A DNA stretch of 38,012 bases, from contig JARRMB010000003.1 of the NCBI GenBank assembly GCA_037386325.1, positions 1 to 38,012 on the forward strand, in the 5' to 3' direction. Shown piece by piece: positions 19,500 through 27,909 of the stretch. The notes beneath the pieces are model-generated. The model was not told where the DNA came from and did not search any database. It saw only the letters and a list, made by a program, of their open reading frames with translations. The position numbers were made by a program, and so were the translations under genes. This DNA is from Candidatus Bathyarchaeota archaeon. Its GTDB lineage: Archaea > Thermoproteota > Bathyarchaeia > Bathyarchaeales > Bathyarchaeaceae. Numbering within the stretch: position 1 is the stretch's first letter; every line of letters begins with the position of its first letter.

Positions 19500-20969
19500 T
19501 CATAAAGATGTAACAGCATGAATCAAGTCTATGAAAATTCCAGGATAAATACCAAGTATAACAACAAACGCTGCTAAAGCAATCATTGCAATAATCATGT
19601 AAATATGTGGATCCTTAATGTCTTCTCTGGGTTCTTTTGGTGCTTCTAGGAAAACTTTCCAGAAGTATCTTAGAACATAAGCAAGACTAAACACAGTTGC
19701 GATAAGCATTAAAATAGTGGGTAAATAAAATGCTCCATCTGCACCAGATGCGGTAACAGCTCCAACAAAAATATGAAACTCACTTATGAAACAGGCAAAA
19801 GGCGGAATACCGCCTATACTAAAAGCTGCAATAGCAGAAGTGATCGCAGTAAGAGGCATCTTTGATGCTAAACCACCCATATCCTTGATGTTTCTCACAC
19901 CTGTTTGATGCATTACTGCACCTGCAGTCAAGAAGAGAAGTCCTTTGCTTGCTGCATGGTTAACTAGATGGAGTACTCCTCCAGTGATTCCCTCTGGAAT
20001 TGGATAGAGGGATAACGCAAACAGAACGTATCCCATGTGACTTATACTAGAATAAGCAATTATCCGTTTAATGTCTGTTTCAGCTAGCGCTAAGAGAGAT
20101 CCATAAAACGCTGATAATACCCCAAAAAAGCTTAGCACTAACAAGAAATCATTGCTAGTTGTTGCCATAGCAGAATAAACTGTTCCAAGAGCTATTCTTA
20201 GAACTGCATATCCTCCTGCCCCAATTATTACTCCACTCAGAAGAGCGGACATCGGTGCGGGTGCTTCACCATGGGCGTCTGGAAGCCACATGTGAAGAGG
20301 AACAATAGCCATCTTTACAGCAAAACCTGCAGTAAATGAAATCAAAATCCAATTTAGAATGCCGGGATCAATATTCATTAGAAGTGTTTGTGCTTCAAAA
20401 ATGTCAAGAGTACCTGTGAGCATGTAGATAGCACCAATACCCAGCAAGACAAAAATTGCACCTGCATGTGTGAAGATGAAGAATTTAAAAGCAACCTTAA
20501 ATGAGTCTCTGTATCCCCATCCCCCAATTATGAAATATGTTGGAACAAGCATAAGTTCCCAACAAAAGTAGAACAGCAATAGATTGGATGTTATAAATAC
20601 TCCAACTAATCCGATTGTTAACAAACTCATTAGTGCATAATATTGTGGAAGCGATTTCTTTTCTTCCATATAATTTATCGAAAATATAGTTGCACTTGCG
20701 ACCAGAATTAATGTAACAATAGCTAGCGATAAGCTGATTCCATCCACAAAAAGTGTAAATGCAGAACCCAATGATGGTATCCAATAATAGGATTCAATAT
20801 ACTGTCCCTCATTAAGAACAGTGGGTATTAATGTTAGAAGAAGAGATAAACTGATTAATGAAAGAACAGCAAGTATAAGAGCTGCTATTCTTGCGGATTT
20901 TTTACCAATGCCATAGACTATTGGAATAGCCAAGACAGGCAACATTAAAGCTATTAATAATGTTTGCAT
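19500..20969 (-). CDS. nuoM: Antiporter-like membrane subunit (NuoM-like)
   Basis: VDGIS, WELMLVP, KFFIFT, VKMAIVPLHMWLPDAHGEAP, KRIIAYSSISHMG, FISEF. Confidence 0.9.
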   Translation of the reverse strand: MQTLLIALMLPVLAIPIVYGIGKKSARIAALILAVLSLISLSLLLTLIPTVLNEGQYIESYYWIPSLGSAFTLFVDGISLSLAIVTLILVASATIFSINYMEEKKSLPQYYALMSLLTIGLVGVFITSNLLLFYFCWELMLVPTYFIIGGWGYRDSFKVAFKFFIFTHAGAIFVLLGIGAIYMLTGTLDIFEAQTLLMNIDPGILNWILISFTAGFAVKMAIVPLHMWLPDAHGEAPAPMSALLSGVIIGAGGYAVLRIALGTVYSAMATTSNDFLLVLSFFGVLSAFYGSLLALAETDIKRIIAYSSISHMGYVLFALSLYPIPEGITGGVLHLVNHAASKGLLFLTAGAVMHQTGVRNIKDMGGLASKMPLTAITSAIAAFSIGGIPPFACFISEFHIFVGAVTASGADGAFYLPTILMLIATVFSLAYVLRYFWKVFLEAPKEPREDIKDPHIYMIIAMIALAAFVVILGIYPGIFIDLIHAVTSL

Positions 20970-20975
20970 TTTATT

Positions 20976-23075
20976 TTACCTCAAAGCTGTAAATGCTAAT
21001 ATAATAATGATTATGAAAAAACCAATTATAGCTGCTAAAATGAAGTCTGGTAAATGTCCCCTATGGATTTTCTCAATTTTGCGTCCTTGTTCAACTGTTT
21101 TTCCTGCAAAAAGGTAAACCAATTTATCAAGAAATGTGTCAATATATTCATGGGTTACCTTAGCAGTTTCCACTGTTCCACCTGCAAGAATATACCCAAG
21201 GCGATCCAAGAAAGATTCAAGATGGGTATGTGTTTTGTTAGCAGTTACTACTGCTCCACCTGATATTATGTAAACAAATCTATCAAGGAATTTTTCTATG
21301 TAGTCATGAGTTCCATTTGCTAATCTTGAAGCGCTACCTGCAACTACATAGGGAAATCTTTGTAATCCTGAATTTTCAATAGTTTGATACGCGAATTGTG
21401 ACAAACCCATAACTCCATTCAATATTTTGTAGTACACAGCATCAAAATAATAACCATTGTTTACTAAACGATAAAGTGAATTATTTAAAAAACTTCTTGT
21501 TGAAACCGTTGAAGTATCCCTCTTTTTAAAGTAAAGATAATATGCGGTAGGGATAGCAATAGATAGAATAATTGCTGAAGTCAAACTAGCAAACACAAGT
21601 CCATTTAATGAAACTTCAAAATGTATCTCAAGAAAATGTTCTAGTGGTCCTTTGAAGAAACCTGCGATACAAGATGCAGCCGCTAACAAAATAAGCGGTA
21701 TAGTAATTGTTGGTTTAGGGTCATGTATTTGATGTTTTTCAAGATGCTCAGATTTTTTTCCAAGGAAAACTAGACTTATCCAACGAAGGCTGTAAATAGC
21801 TGTTAATACCGAAGTTCCGAAAATAAGGATGAAAAGGGGAAGATTATTGCCAAGGATAATTGCTTCGAATATTGTATCTTTACTCCAGAATCCACTGAAA
21901 GGTGGAATCCCAGCAAGCGAAAAAGCCCCAATAACACTTACAATAAATGTTATGGGCATTGCCTTTCTCAATCCTCCGAGCTGTTTTATGTCTAAAGTGT
22001 GAGTTACATGCATCACAACTCCTGCAGAAAGGAAAAGCAAAGATTTGAAAAGAGCATGACTTATCACATGAAATTGACTTGCAAACCAACCCAACTCAGT
22101 TCCAATGCCTAGAGCAGACATTATCATTCCAAGCTGGCTAATTGTAGAAAACGCTAGAACTCTTTTCAGATCGGTACTAGTTAATGCCATAGTTGCTGCA
22201 AGGAGAGCTGTTATTCCCCCAATATAGGTTATAGTAGTTAACCACGGTGCTACAAGCGAGAAAAGAATGTAAATTCTTGCTACAAGGTAAATTCCTGCTT
22301 TAACCATTGTTGCACCGTGAATTAGAGCGCTAACTGGTGATGGCCCCTCCATTGCATTGGGAAGCCATACCTGCAATGGAACTTGGGCTGATTTACCGAT
22401 AGCTCCAATCAGCATTAATAAAGCCACAGTCAACATTGGAACTGAGACCGATCCTTCGGCAATAAGTTCACGGGTTTTTAGGAAGTCTAAGGTTCCTGTA
22501 TTTACGAATAACAATAAAATTCCAAGAAGTAGAAAAATATCACCAATTCTTGTAACGATGAAAGCTTTAATACCTGCTTTAGCTGCTTCAGGTCTACTAT
22601 ACCAGAATCCAATAAGAGAATAAGAGCATAGTCCAACTGTTTCCCAGAAGAAGTACATTTGTAGAAGATTGTTAGCCATAACTAATCCGAGCATTCCACC
22701 AACGAAAAGTAACATAAAGAAAAAGAATCTGGGTGTAGCCTTTTCTTTTTCCATATATTTTACAGAGTAAATCATTATCAATAAGCCGATGCAAGCTGCT
22801 ATATTTGCCATCATTGTGCTTAACGGGTCGATAAGGACACTGAGGTCTATGCCTAAAGCAGGCATCCAAGGTATAGAATAAACTTGTGCTTCAACATGGG
22901 CTTCAAGTAAGTTTGGAATCATTGAAACTGTGCATACTGCGGCAAGGAAAGTAATTAAAACAGCAAACCATCCAACACTTTTGCGACGTAACTTCGCTAC
23001 AAGAGGAATAAATAATGAGCCTGCAAAGGGAATTCCCCAACTTAGCCATGAAGCAAATTCAAGAGGAATTAGCAT
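20976..23075 (-). CDS. nuoL: Antiporter-like subunit with extended lateral helix (NuoL-like)
   Basis: DPLS, WETVGLCSYSLIGFW, RIGD, GKSAQVPL, PVSALIH, HALFK, GFWSKD, YYFD, terminal TM helix; 699 aa. Confidence 0.92.
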   Translation of the reverse strand: MLIPLEFASWLSWGIPFAGSLFIPLVAKLRRKSVGWFAVLITFLAAVCTVSMIPNLLEAHVEAQVYSIPWMPALGIDLSVLIDPLSTMMANIAACIGLLIMIYSVKYMEKEKATPRFFFFMLLFVGGMLGLVMANNLLQMYFFWETVGLCSYSLIGFWYSRPEAAKAGIKAFIVTRIGDIFLLLGILLLFVNTGTLDFLKTRELIAEGSVSVPMLTVALLMLIGAIGKSAQVPLQVWLPNAMEGPSPVSALIHGATMVKAGIYLVARIYILFSLVAPWLTTITYIGGITALLAATMALTSTDLKRVLAFSTISQLGMIMSALGIGTELGWFASQFHVISHALFKSLLFLSAGVVMHVTHTLDIKQLGGLRKAMPITFIVSVIGAFSLAGIPPFSGFWSKDTIFEAIILGNNLPLFILIFGTSVLTAIYSLRWISLVFLGKKSEHLEKHQIHDPKPTITIPLILLAAASCIAGFFKGPLEHFLEIHFEVSLNGLVFASLTSAIILSIAIPTAYYLYFKKRDTSTVSTRSFLNNSLYRLVNNGYYFDAVYYKILNGVMGLSQFAYQTIENSGLQRFPYVVAGSASRLANGTHDYIEKFLDRFVYIISGGAVVTANKTHTHLESFLDRLGYILAGGTVETAKVTHEYIDTFLDKLVYLFAGKTVEQGRKIEKIHRGHLPDFILAAIIGFFIIIIILAFTALR
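21120..21353 (-). repeat. Three diverged in-frame 78-bp (26-aa) tandem repeats in the NuoL amphipathic helix
   Basis: PYVVAGSASRLANGTHDYIEKFLDRF / VYIISGGAVVTANKTHTHLESFLDRL / GYILAGGTVETAKVTHEYIDTFLDKL, followed by a partial unit VYLFAGKTVE. Confidence 0.88.
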
Positions 23076-23077
23076 GT

Positions 23078-23410
23078 TTAGGTTTCCTCCTGAATTTCAT
23101 CATCTTCCGATTTGGGTAACTCTTCATTCATGTCTGATAGATCTCTGAAATCTCGAACGTTTAATTGTTTATAGATTGCTATTGCAAGTGCAAGGGCAAC
23201 AGCTGTTACACAAGCATCAACCGACAATGCGAGAATTGCAAATGCTTGGCCAAGTGTGTCTTGCATTAATGATCCAAAAACAACAAAATTCATTGTTGCA
23301 GCTGCGGTAATCATTTCTATTGCGATTAACATTTTTATTAAGTCATGTTTTGTAACAAGACCTACTACTCCTATGGCTAGAATCGTTATAGATAATATTA
23401 TGTAATCCAA
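23078..23410 (-). CDS. nuoK: NuoK-like 3-TM subunit
   Basis: IKMLIAIEM, GQAFAIL; position between J and L; TTG start. Confidence 0.85.
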   Translation of the reverse strand: MDYIILSITILAIGVVGLVTKHDLIKMLIAIEMITAAATMNFVVFGSLMQDTLGQAFAILALSVDACVTAVALALAIAIYKQLNVRDFRDLSDMNEELPKSEDDEIQEET

Positions 23411-23875
23411 TTACTTGCGCCCCTGTTTATCTTTCAAAAGAATTGCCACACCAACTGCAGCAACCAAAACTACCAAACCTTGAGCAAGGACGTCAATCGC
23501 CCTCAAATCCCACAAGGCTGTAGAGAGAGAAAAATCGAATGAACTTGTAAATGTTTGTGTTATTACAGTTCCAACAATTACTGGAATAGAAAGGATGGCA
23601 GAAGCAATTAATGCTGCAATCTTTGTTCTGTTGGAAGTTTTTAGATCGTTTCTCTTAGTTAATGAATCACCTGCAAGAAGGAAAATTGCTGCCGTTCCTG
23701 CACCTATTGCCAGTTGAAAAATAGCCGCAAAAGGTGAATTAAGATTAAAATATAACAGCGAAAGCAGAAGCATCATTGTGCTTAAAGACAAAACTGAAGA
23801 TACTGTTTCTTTCAGATAAATCGCAAAAACTGCAGAGGTTATCATTCCAATCGCTAGGATAGTTTCAAACCACAT
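23411..23875 (-). CDS. nuoJ: NuoJ-like membrane subunit
   Basis: About 5 TM helices, AAIFQLAIGAG, LWDLR; start moved to ATG 23875, adjacent to the nuoI stop. Confidence 0.75.
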   Translation of the reverse strand: MWFETILAIGMITSAVFAIYLKETVSSVLSLSTMMLLLSLLYFNLNSPFAAIFQLAIGAGTAAIFLLAGDSLTKRNDLKTSNRTKIAALIASAILSIPVIVGTVITQTFTSSFDFSLSTALWDLRAIDVLAQGLVVLVAAVGVAILLKDKQGRK

Positions 23876-23876
23876 A

Positions 23877-24278
23877 TTATTTTTCCTCACTTGTCGATGT
23901 TTTTTGTTTTGAAACAAATTCTTCTGGGTGTATTAGCAATTTTTCTGTTTCAGTTGTCGACATTTCATAATTGGGAGAAAGTTTAATCGCTTCTCTGGGG
24001 CAACTTTCAGCACAAAGATAACAAAATATGCACCGATCAAGATAGAATTTTGGCATTCGTTTTCCTGAAACTTCAATTAATTCTATGGCTTTCGCTGGGC
24101 AATCTCTTTCGCATAACCCACAACTAATGCACTTTTCAGGAGATAAAACTTGTCTACCTCTATATCCATCAGGAACTTCTACCTTTATTATTGGGTATTG
24201 ACGAGTAATTGGTTTTTTAAATATACATGCACCCATGTCTTTTAATAAGGCTGGAAATCGTCGTCGTTTTTTCGGCAT
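23877..24278 (-). CDS. nuoI: NuoI/HycF-like 2x[4Fe-4S] subunit
   Basis: TRQYP, GYRG, CISCGLCERDCP, CIFCYLCAESCP. Confidence 0.92.
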   Translation of the reverse strand: MPKKRRRFPALLKDMGACIFKKPITRQYPIIKVEVPDGYRGRQVLSPEKCISCGLCERDCPAKAIELIEVSGKRMPKFYLDRCIFCYLCAESCPREAIKLSPNYEMSTTETEKLLIHPEEFVSKQKTSTSEEK

Positions 24279-24289
24279 TCCTTCTCCTC

Positions 24290-26875
24290 CTACGCAATAA
24301 CCGCTCGCAAAAATGGTTCAATAATTACTGTGAGTGCAAGAGAAACAATAGATAATGGAATCAATAATTTCCAATTACCATGAACAACCTGATCAATTCG
24401 CAATCTAGCAGAAACGTTACCAATATATTCTAAGACAAAAACCACTCCTAGAGTCTTTACAATAAACCAGAAAACATACCACAGATCTGGTGGACCAAAA
24501 AAAGCTGGCCCATGAGCTCCACCTAAAAATAGAACAGTTACTAATGATGCACCAACCAAAAATTGAAAATCTTCTGAAAGTTTAATGAAAGCCAATTTTC
24601 TTCCTCCATATTCTGTTTCATAGCCTCCTACAATTTCAGTTTCTGCGTGCGGAATATCAAATGGATCTTTTTCCAATTCAGCTTGTAAGACGATAATAAA
24701 TAAAACAAGAGACCATGGAATTAACAGAGCAAAAGGAATAGATTGGCTTGCTGTAATATTTACAATCGACAAACTATTTGCAAGAAAAGCTGGACAAATC
24801 GCTAGAATAATAAGAGGAATGTCATATCCGAGAAATTGGGTTAAAATTCTAGTTGCTCCGATCCCACTATAAGGATTTAAGGAAGACCATCCTGAGAGAA
24901 ATATTCCAAAGTTGGCCAGAGTAATTAGAATAAATACAAGAATTAAATCACCTTCAAAACTTGAATTCAAAATTACATTTGCGCCGTCAATTGGAATATA
25001 AAATAAAGCAAGAACAAAAAGAGAAAAAGCAAGCATCGGTGCTACAACAAAGAGTATTTTATTTGTTTGCTCTGGTGTTATATCTTCTTTTGAAAACAAT
25101 TTTATATAATCCGCTATTGGTTGAAGTAAACCAAAGGGTCCAGCATATGATGGTCCCATTCTATTTTGGAATCTAGCCGCAACTTTTCTTTCGAACCAAT
25201 CAAAAAATAATACAAGTACTAAGAGAAAAATAAATCCAGGAAAAAGAATTGTCCTAAATTGGTCTTCGTTAGTATCTATGAAAGCCATACGATCAGTGCA
25301 TGAAAAACATGGATCTAGACTTCCCATAACCGAAGGGATATCAGCAATATATGAACCTCTAATCGCATCAGGAAAAGCTACAAGATTTGCTAAAGTTGGG
25401 GCTCTAACTTTGACTCTGTATGGATAAGCAGTTCCATCACTTTTGACGTAATGTATGAGTTCTCCTCTGGGGGCTTCAACGCGACTTACTGCTTCACCTT
25501 CTGGAATTTTTCGTTGAACTCTGACTCTTAAACGTCCTCCTGGAAGATGATTGAATCCATATTCGATTATGTCTAAGCTTTCCAGTACTTCTTCAGCTCT
25601 AACCATCAAACGAGCCCATGTATCGCATTCGTTGTAGCTAATTACGTTAAATGGAATTTCATCATAAGCTGCATAAGGATCATCTTTTCTTACATCAGCG
25701 TCTATTCCCGAACCTCGGGCTACTGGACCTACAACACAATATTTTAAGGCGTCTTCTCTTTTCAAGACTCCAACACCTTCAGTCCTCAACCTTAATGTTG
25801 CATCTTCTTCAAACACATTCTTGTAAAATATTGCTCGTTTGCGAACGTCTTTAACAGTTTTCAATGCTTTCTCGATCGTATTTGGATCTATGTCTCTTCT
25901 AACTCCTCCGATTGTATTGAATCCATTCATCAACCGATTACCCGTAATCCTTTCCACTATGTCCATTACCGGTTCTCGATCACGCCACACATGTTGAAAC
26001 AGTGCTTCAAAACCTAATAAATGACCTCCAACTCCAAGTAGCAGGAGATGACTATGGACTCGATTTAATTCGTGAATTATTGTCCGTAAGTATAACGCCC
26101 GAGGTGGAGTTTCAATTTTTCCAACATCTTCGACAGCTTGGCAAAAAACAGTTGTATGAGCAGCATTGCATATTCCACAGATTCTTTCAACAAGAAAGAC
26201 ATCTTGATGGTACATCATCCTTTCAGCAGCTTTCTCAATTCCTCTATGAACATAACCAAGACGCTGTTCAACATCAACTATTCTTTCTCCATCAACTTTG
26301 AAGGAGAATCTTTCTGGTTCATGCAAAACAGGATGCTGTGGACCTACTACTACATTTACAATAGATCCCGCATCGGTTTCTTCTATGCTCTCAGATTTTT
26401 GTGATTCTTCAGAATTAGTATTTTCTTCTTGTTGCTCAGGTGATTTCCAATTTTTTCGAAGTGGATAGTTCCCCTTAGGCCAACTTTCAGGTAGCATTAA
26501 TCTTTTAAGGTCTGGATGTCCCTCAAAAACTACTCCTAATAAATCAAAAACTTCCCGTTCATATAGGTTTGCTCCAGGAACGATGTCAGTTATTGTTTTA
26601 GTGAACGGTTTTTCAATGGGAATCCTATTTTTTAATGTTATCACACCATTGCAGGCCATATGATAATTTAATTCTATTTCATTTCCCAGATCTATTCCAG
26701 TTATGGTTGAAAGCAATATTTTTTCATCATAATTTATAAGTAAAGAGATTGCATCTTTGTGCTTTTCTGGCTTAAGTAAAATATATGCTCTCTTAGACCT
26801 AGGAATATTACATTCTATGATATCTTTTGCAAACTTTTCTTTTAGGACGTCTACAGCTTTTTCAAACTTTTCCAT
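24290..26875 (-). CDS. Triple fusion: NuoC-like domain + group 4 [NiFe]-hydrogenase large subunit + NuoH/HycD-like membrane subunit
   Basis: EREVFDLLGV.F.GHP..YPLRK (C domain); GPQHP, GYVHRGIEK, ERICGIC and DPCFSCTDR (Ni-Fe ligands); then ERKVAARFQNRMGP, QPIADYIKL and PFDIPHAETE (H domain), all in one frame. Confidence 0.88.
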   Translation of the reverse strand: MEKFEKAVDVLKEKFAKDIIECNIPRSKRAYILLKPEKHKDAISLLINYDEKILLSTITGIDLGNEIELNYHMACNGVITLKNRIPIEKPFTKTITDIVPGANLYEREVFDLLGVVFEGHPDLKRLMLPESWPKGNYPLRKNWKSPEQQEENTNSEESQKSESIEETDAGSIVNVVVGPQHPVLHEPERFSFKVDGERIVDVEQRLGYVHRGIEKAAERMMYHQDVFLVERICGICNAAHTTVFCQAVEDVGKIETPPRALYLRTIIHELNRVHSHLLLLGVGGHLLGFEALFQHVWRDREPVMDIVERITGNRLMNGFNTIGGVRRDIDPNTIEKALKTVKDVRKRAIFYKNVFEEDATLRLRTEGVGVLKREDALKYCVVGPVARGSGIDADVRKDDPYAAYDEIPFNVISYNECDTWARLMVRAEEVLESLDIIEYGFNHLPGGRLRVRVQRKIPEGEAVSRVEAPRGELIHYVKSDGTAYPYRVKVRAPTLANLVAFPDAIRGSYIADIPSVMGSLDPCFSCTDRMAFIDTNEDQFRTILFPGFIFLLVLVLFFDWFERKVAARFQNRMGPSYAGPFGLLQPIADYIKLFSKEDITPEQTNKILFVVAPMLAFSLFVLALFYIPIDGANVILNSSFEGDLILVFILITLANFGIFLSGWSSLNPYSGIGATRILTQFLGYDIPLIILAICPAFLANSLSIVNITASQSIPFALLIPWSLVLFIIVLQAELEKDPFDIPHAETEIVGGYETEYGGRKLAFIKLSEDFQFLVGASLVTVLFLGGAHGPAFFGPPDLWYVFWFIVKTLGVVFVLEYIGNVSARLRIDQVVHGNWKLLIPLSIVSLALTVIIEPFLRAVIA

Positions 26876-26877
26876 TT

Positions 26878-27306
26878 TTATTCCTTCAATTTTTCTAGAA
26901 GTTTTGCGACTCCTTGAACTATAGCTTCTGGTTTAGGAGGACAACCTGGGATATAAACGTCAACTGGAATTATCTTATCTAAACGTTGACTAACTCCGTA
27001 ACATCCCTGAAATATTCCGCCTGAACAAGCACAAGCTCCAATCGCTATTACAAATTTTGGTGAAGGCATTTGCTCATAAATTGTCTTGAGTCGAGATATG
27101 CATTGTTTGGTAACTACTCCAGTTACTACAAGAACATCTGCGTGTCTAGGTGAAGGTTCAAGCTTTATTCCAAAACGTTCGACATCGTATCTTGGTGTTA
27201 ACAAAGCTACAACTTCAATATCGCAGCCGTTGCATGCTCCGGTATTGAAATGGAGAAGCCAAGGTGATTTTCTCCTTGCCCAATTTAGTAGTTTTGAAGT
27301 TGACAC
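26878..27306 (-). CDS. nuoB: Hydrogenase small subunit (NuoB/HycG/EchC-like)
   Basis: GACNGCDIE (CxxC, hydrogenase type), SPRHAD, GACACSGG, PGCPP. Confidence 0.92.
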   Translation of the reverse strand: MSTSKLLNWARRKSPWLLHFNTGACNGCDIEVVALLTPRYDVERFGIKLEPSPRHADVLVVTGVVTKQCISRLKTIYEQMPSPKFVIAIGACACSGGIFQGCYGVSQRLDKIIPVDVYIPGCPPKPEAIVQGVAKLLEKLKE

Positions 27307-27629
27307 TATTCATGCCCTCCTAAAAGTAGCAAATCTGCTACTAACACCAAACCTAGATAAATTAACAAATTAATTGGACTAATCATTTCTAAAGACAAAG
27401 CAGCGAATGCTAGTATCAAAGCTGGAGAATCGATTATTACGAAGTATATCAGATATCTAAATAGTGTTACATTTACTAAAAGTTTAGTTGGATTAATTTT
27501 TTCTCCACAAGCATACATTCTATTTTTTTCTTTGTTGTCAGAAGTTTTGGGTGATAAACGCCCCATAAAAATATAGATTAATGAAGCTCCTGCTAATATT
27601 AAAATAAATGCAGCAATTGGTTCGAACAT
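27306..27629 (-). CDS. nuoA: NuoA-like 3-TM subunit
   Basis: TM helix, loop with K..YACGE, two more TM helices; first nuo-like gene of the operon. Confidence 0.75.
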   Translation of the reverse strand: MFEPIAAFILILAGASLIYIFMGRLSPKTSDNKEKNRMYACGEKINPTKLLVNVTLFRYLIYFVIIDSPALILAFAALSLEMISPINLLIYLGLVLVADLLLLGGHE

Positions 27630-27733
27630 TAAGCCTTCACCTTTTCAATAGAGTAAATTATTTGGAATTGAATGTTTAATTTTGTTCGAAAAGGAGGTTT
27701 AATTTTATTTTTTGAATTAAGAGTCACCGCCAT
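27629..27733 (-). CDS. Putative 34-aa leader ORF (MAVTLNSKNKIKPPFRTKLNIQFQIIYSIEKVKA)
   Basis: Preceded by AAGGAGG; its stop overlaps the nuoA start (TAATG). No homology evidence. Confidence 0.3.
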   Translation of the reverse strand: MAVTLNSKNKIKPPFRTKLNIQFQIIYSIEKVKA

Positions 27734-27826
27734 CCAATTCTGCCTCCTTTCGATTCAATTATTACAACTTTTTTTATAGAGTTTTTCCTCTATTTCGTGT
27801 TAATTGTAGCCAGTTAGACGAATTGG

Positions 27827-27853
27827 TATAAACTTTTCGTATAAGTTTATATA
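27827..27853. promoter_or_regulatory. Back-to-back BRE/TATA promoters forming the palindrome TATAAACTT-N7-AAGTTTATA
   Basis: Minus strand CGAAAAGTTTATA faces the hydrogenase operon; plus strand AAGTTTATATA faces the regulator gene. Confidence 0.6.
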
Positions 27854-27909
27854 TTTATTATATTTACTTAAACTCGATTTTCCTTATTTAAACTTAGAGG
27901 AATCCTATA

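Noticed and set aside
18001-27629. Ordinary NADH dehydrogenase or Fpo
   Set aside because: The Ni-Fe cysteine motifs are retained and nuoEFG are absent. The nuo symbols denote homology only.
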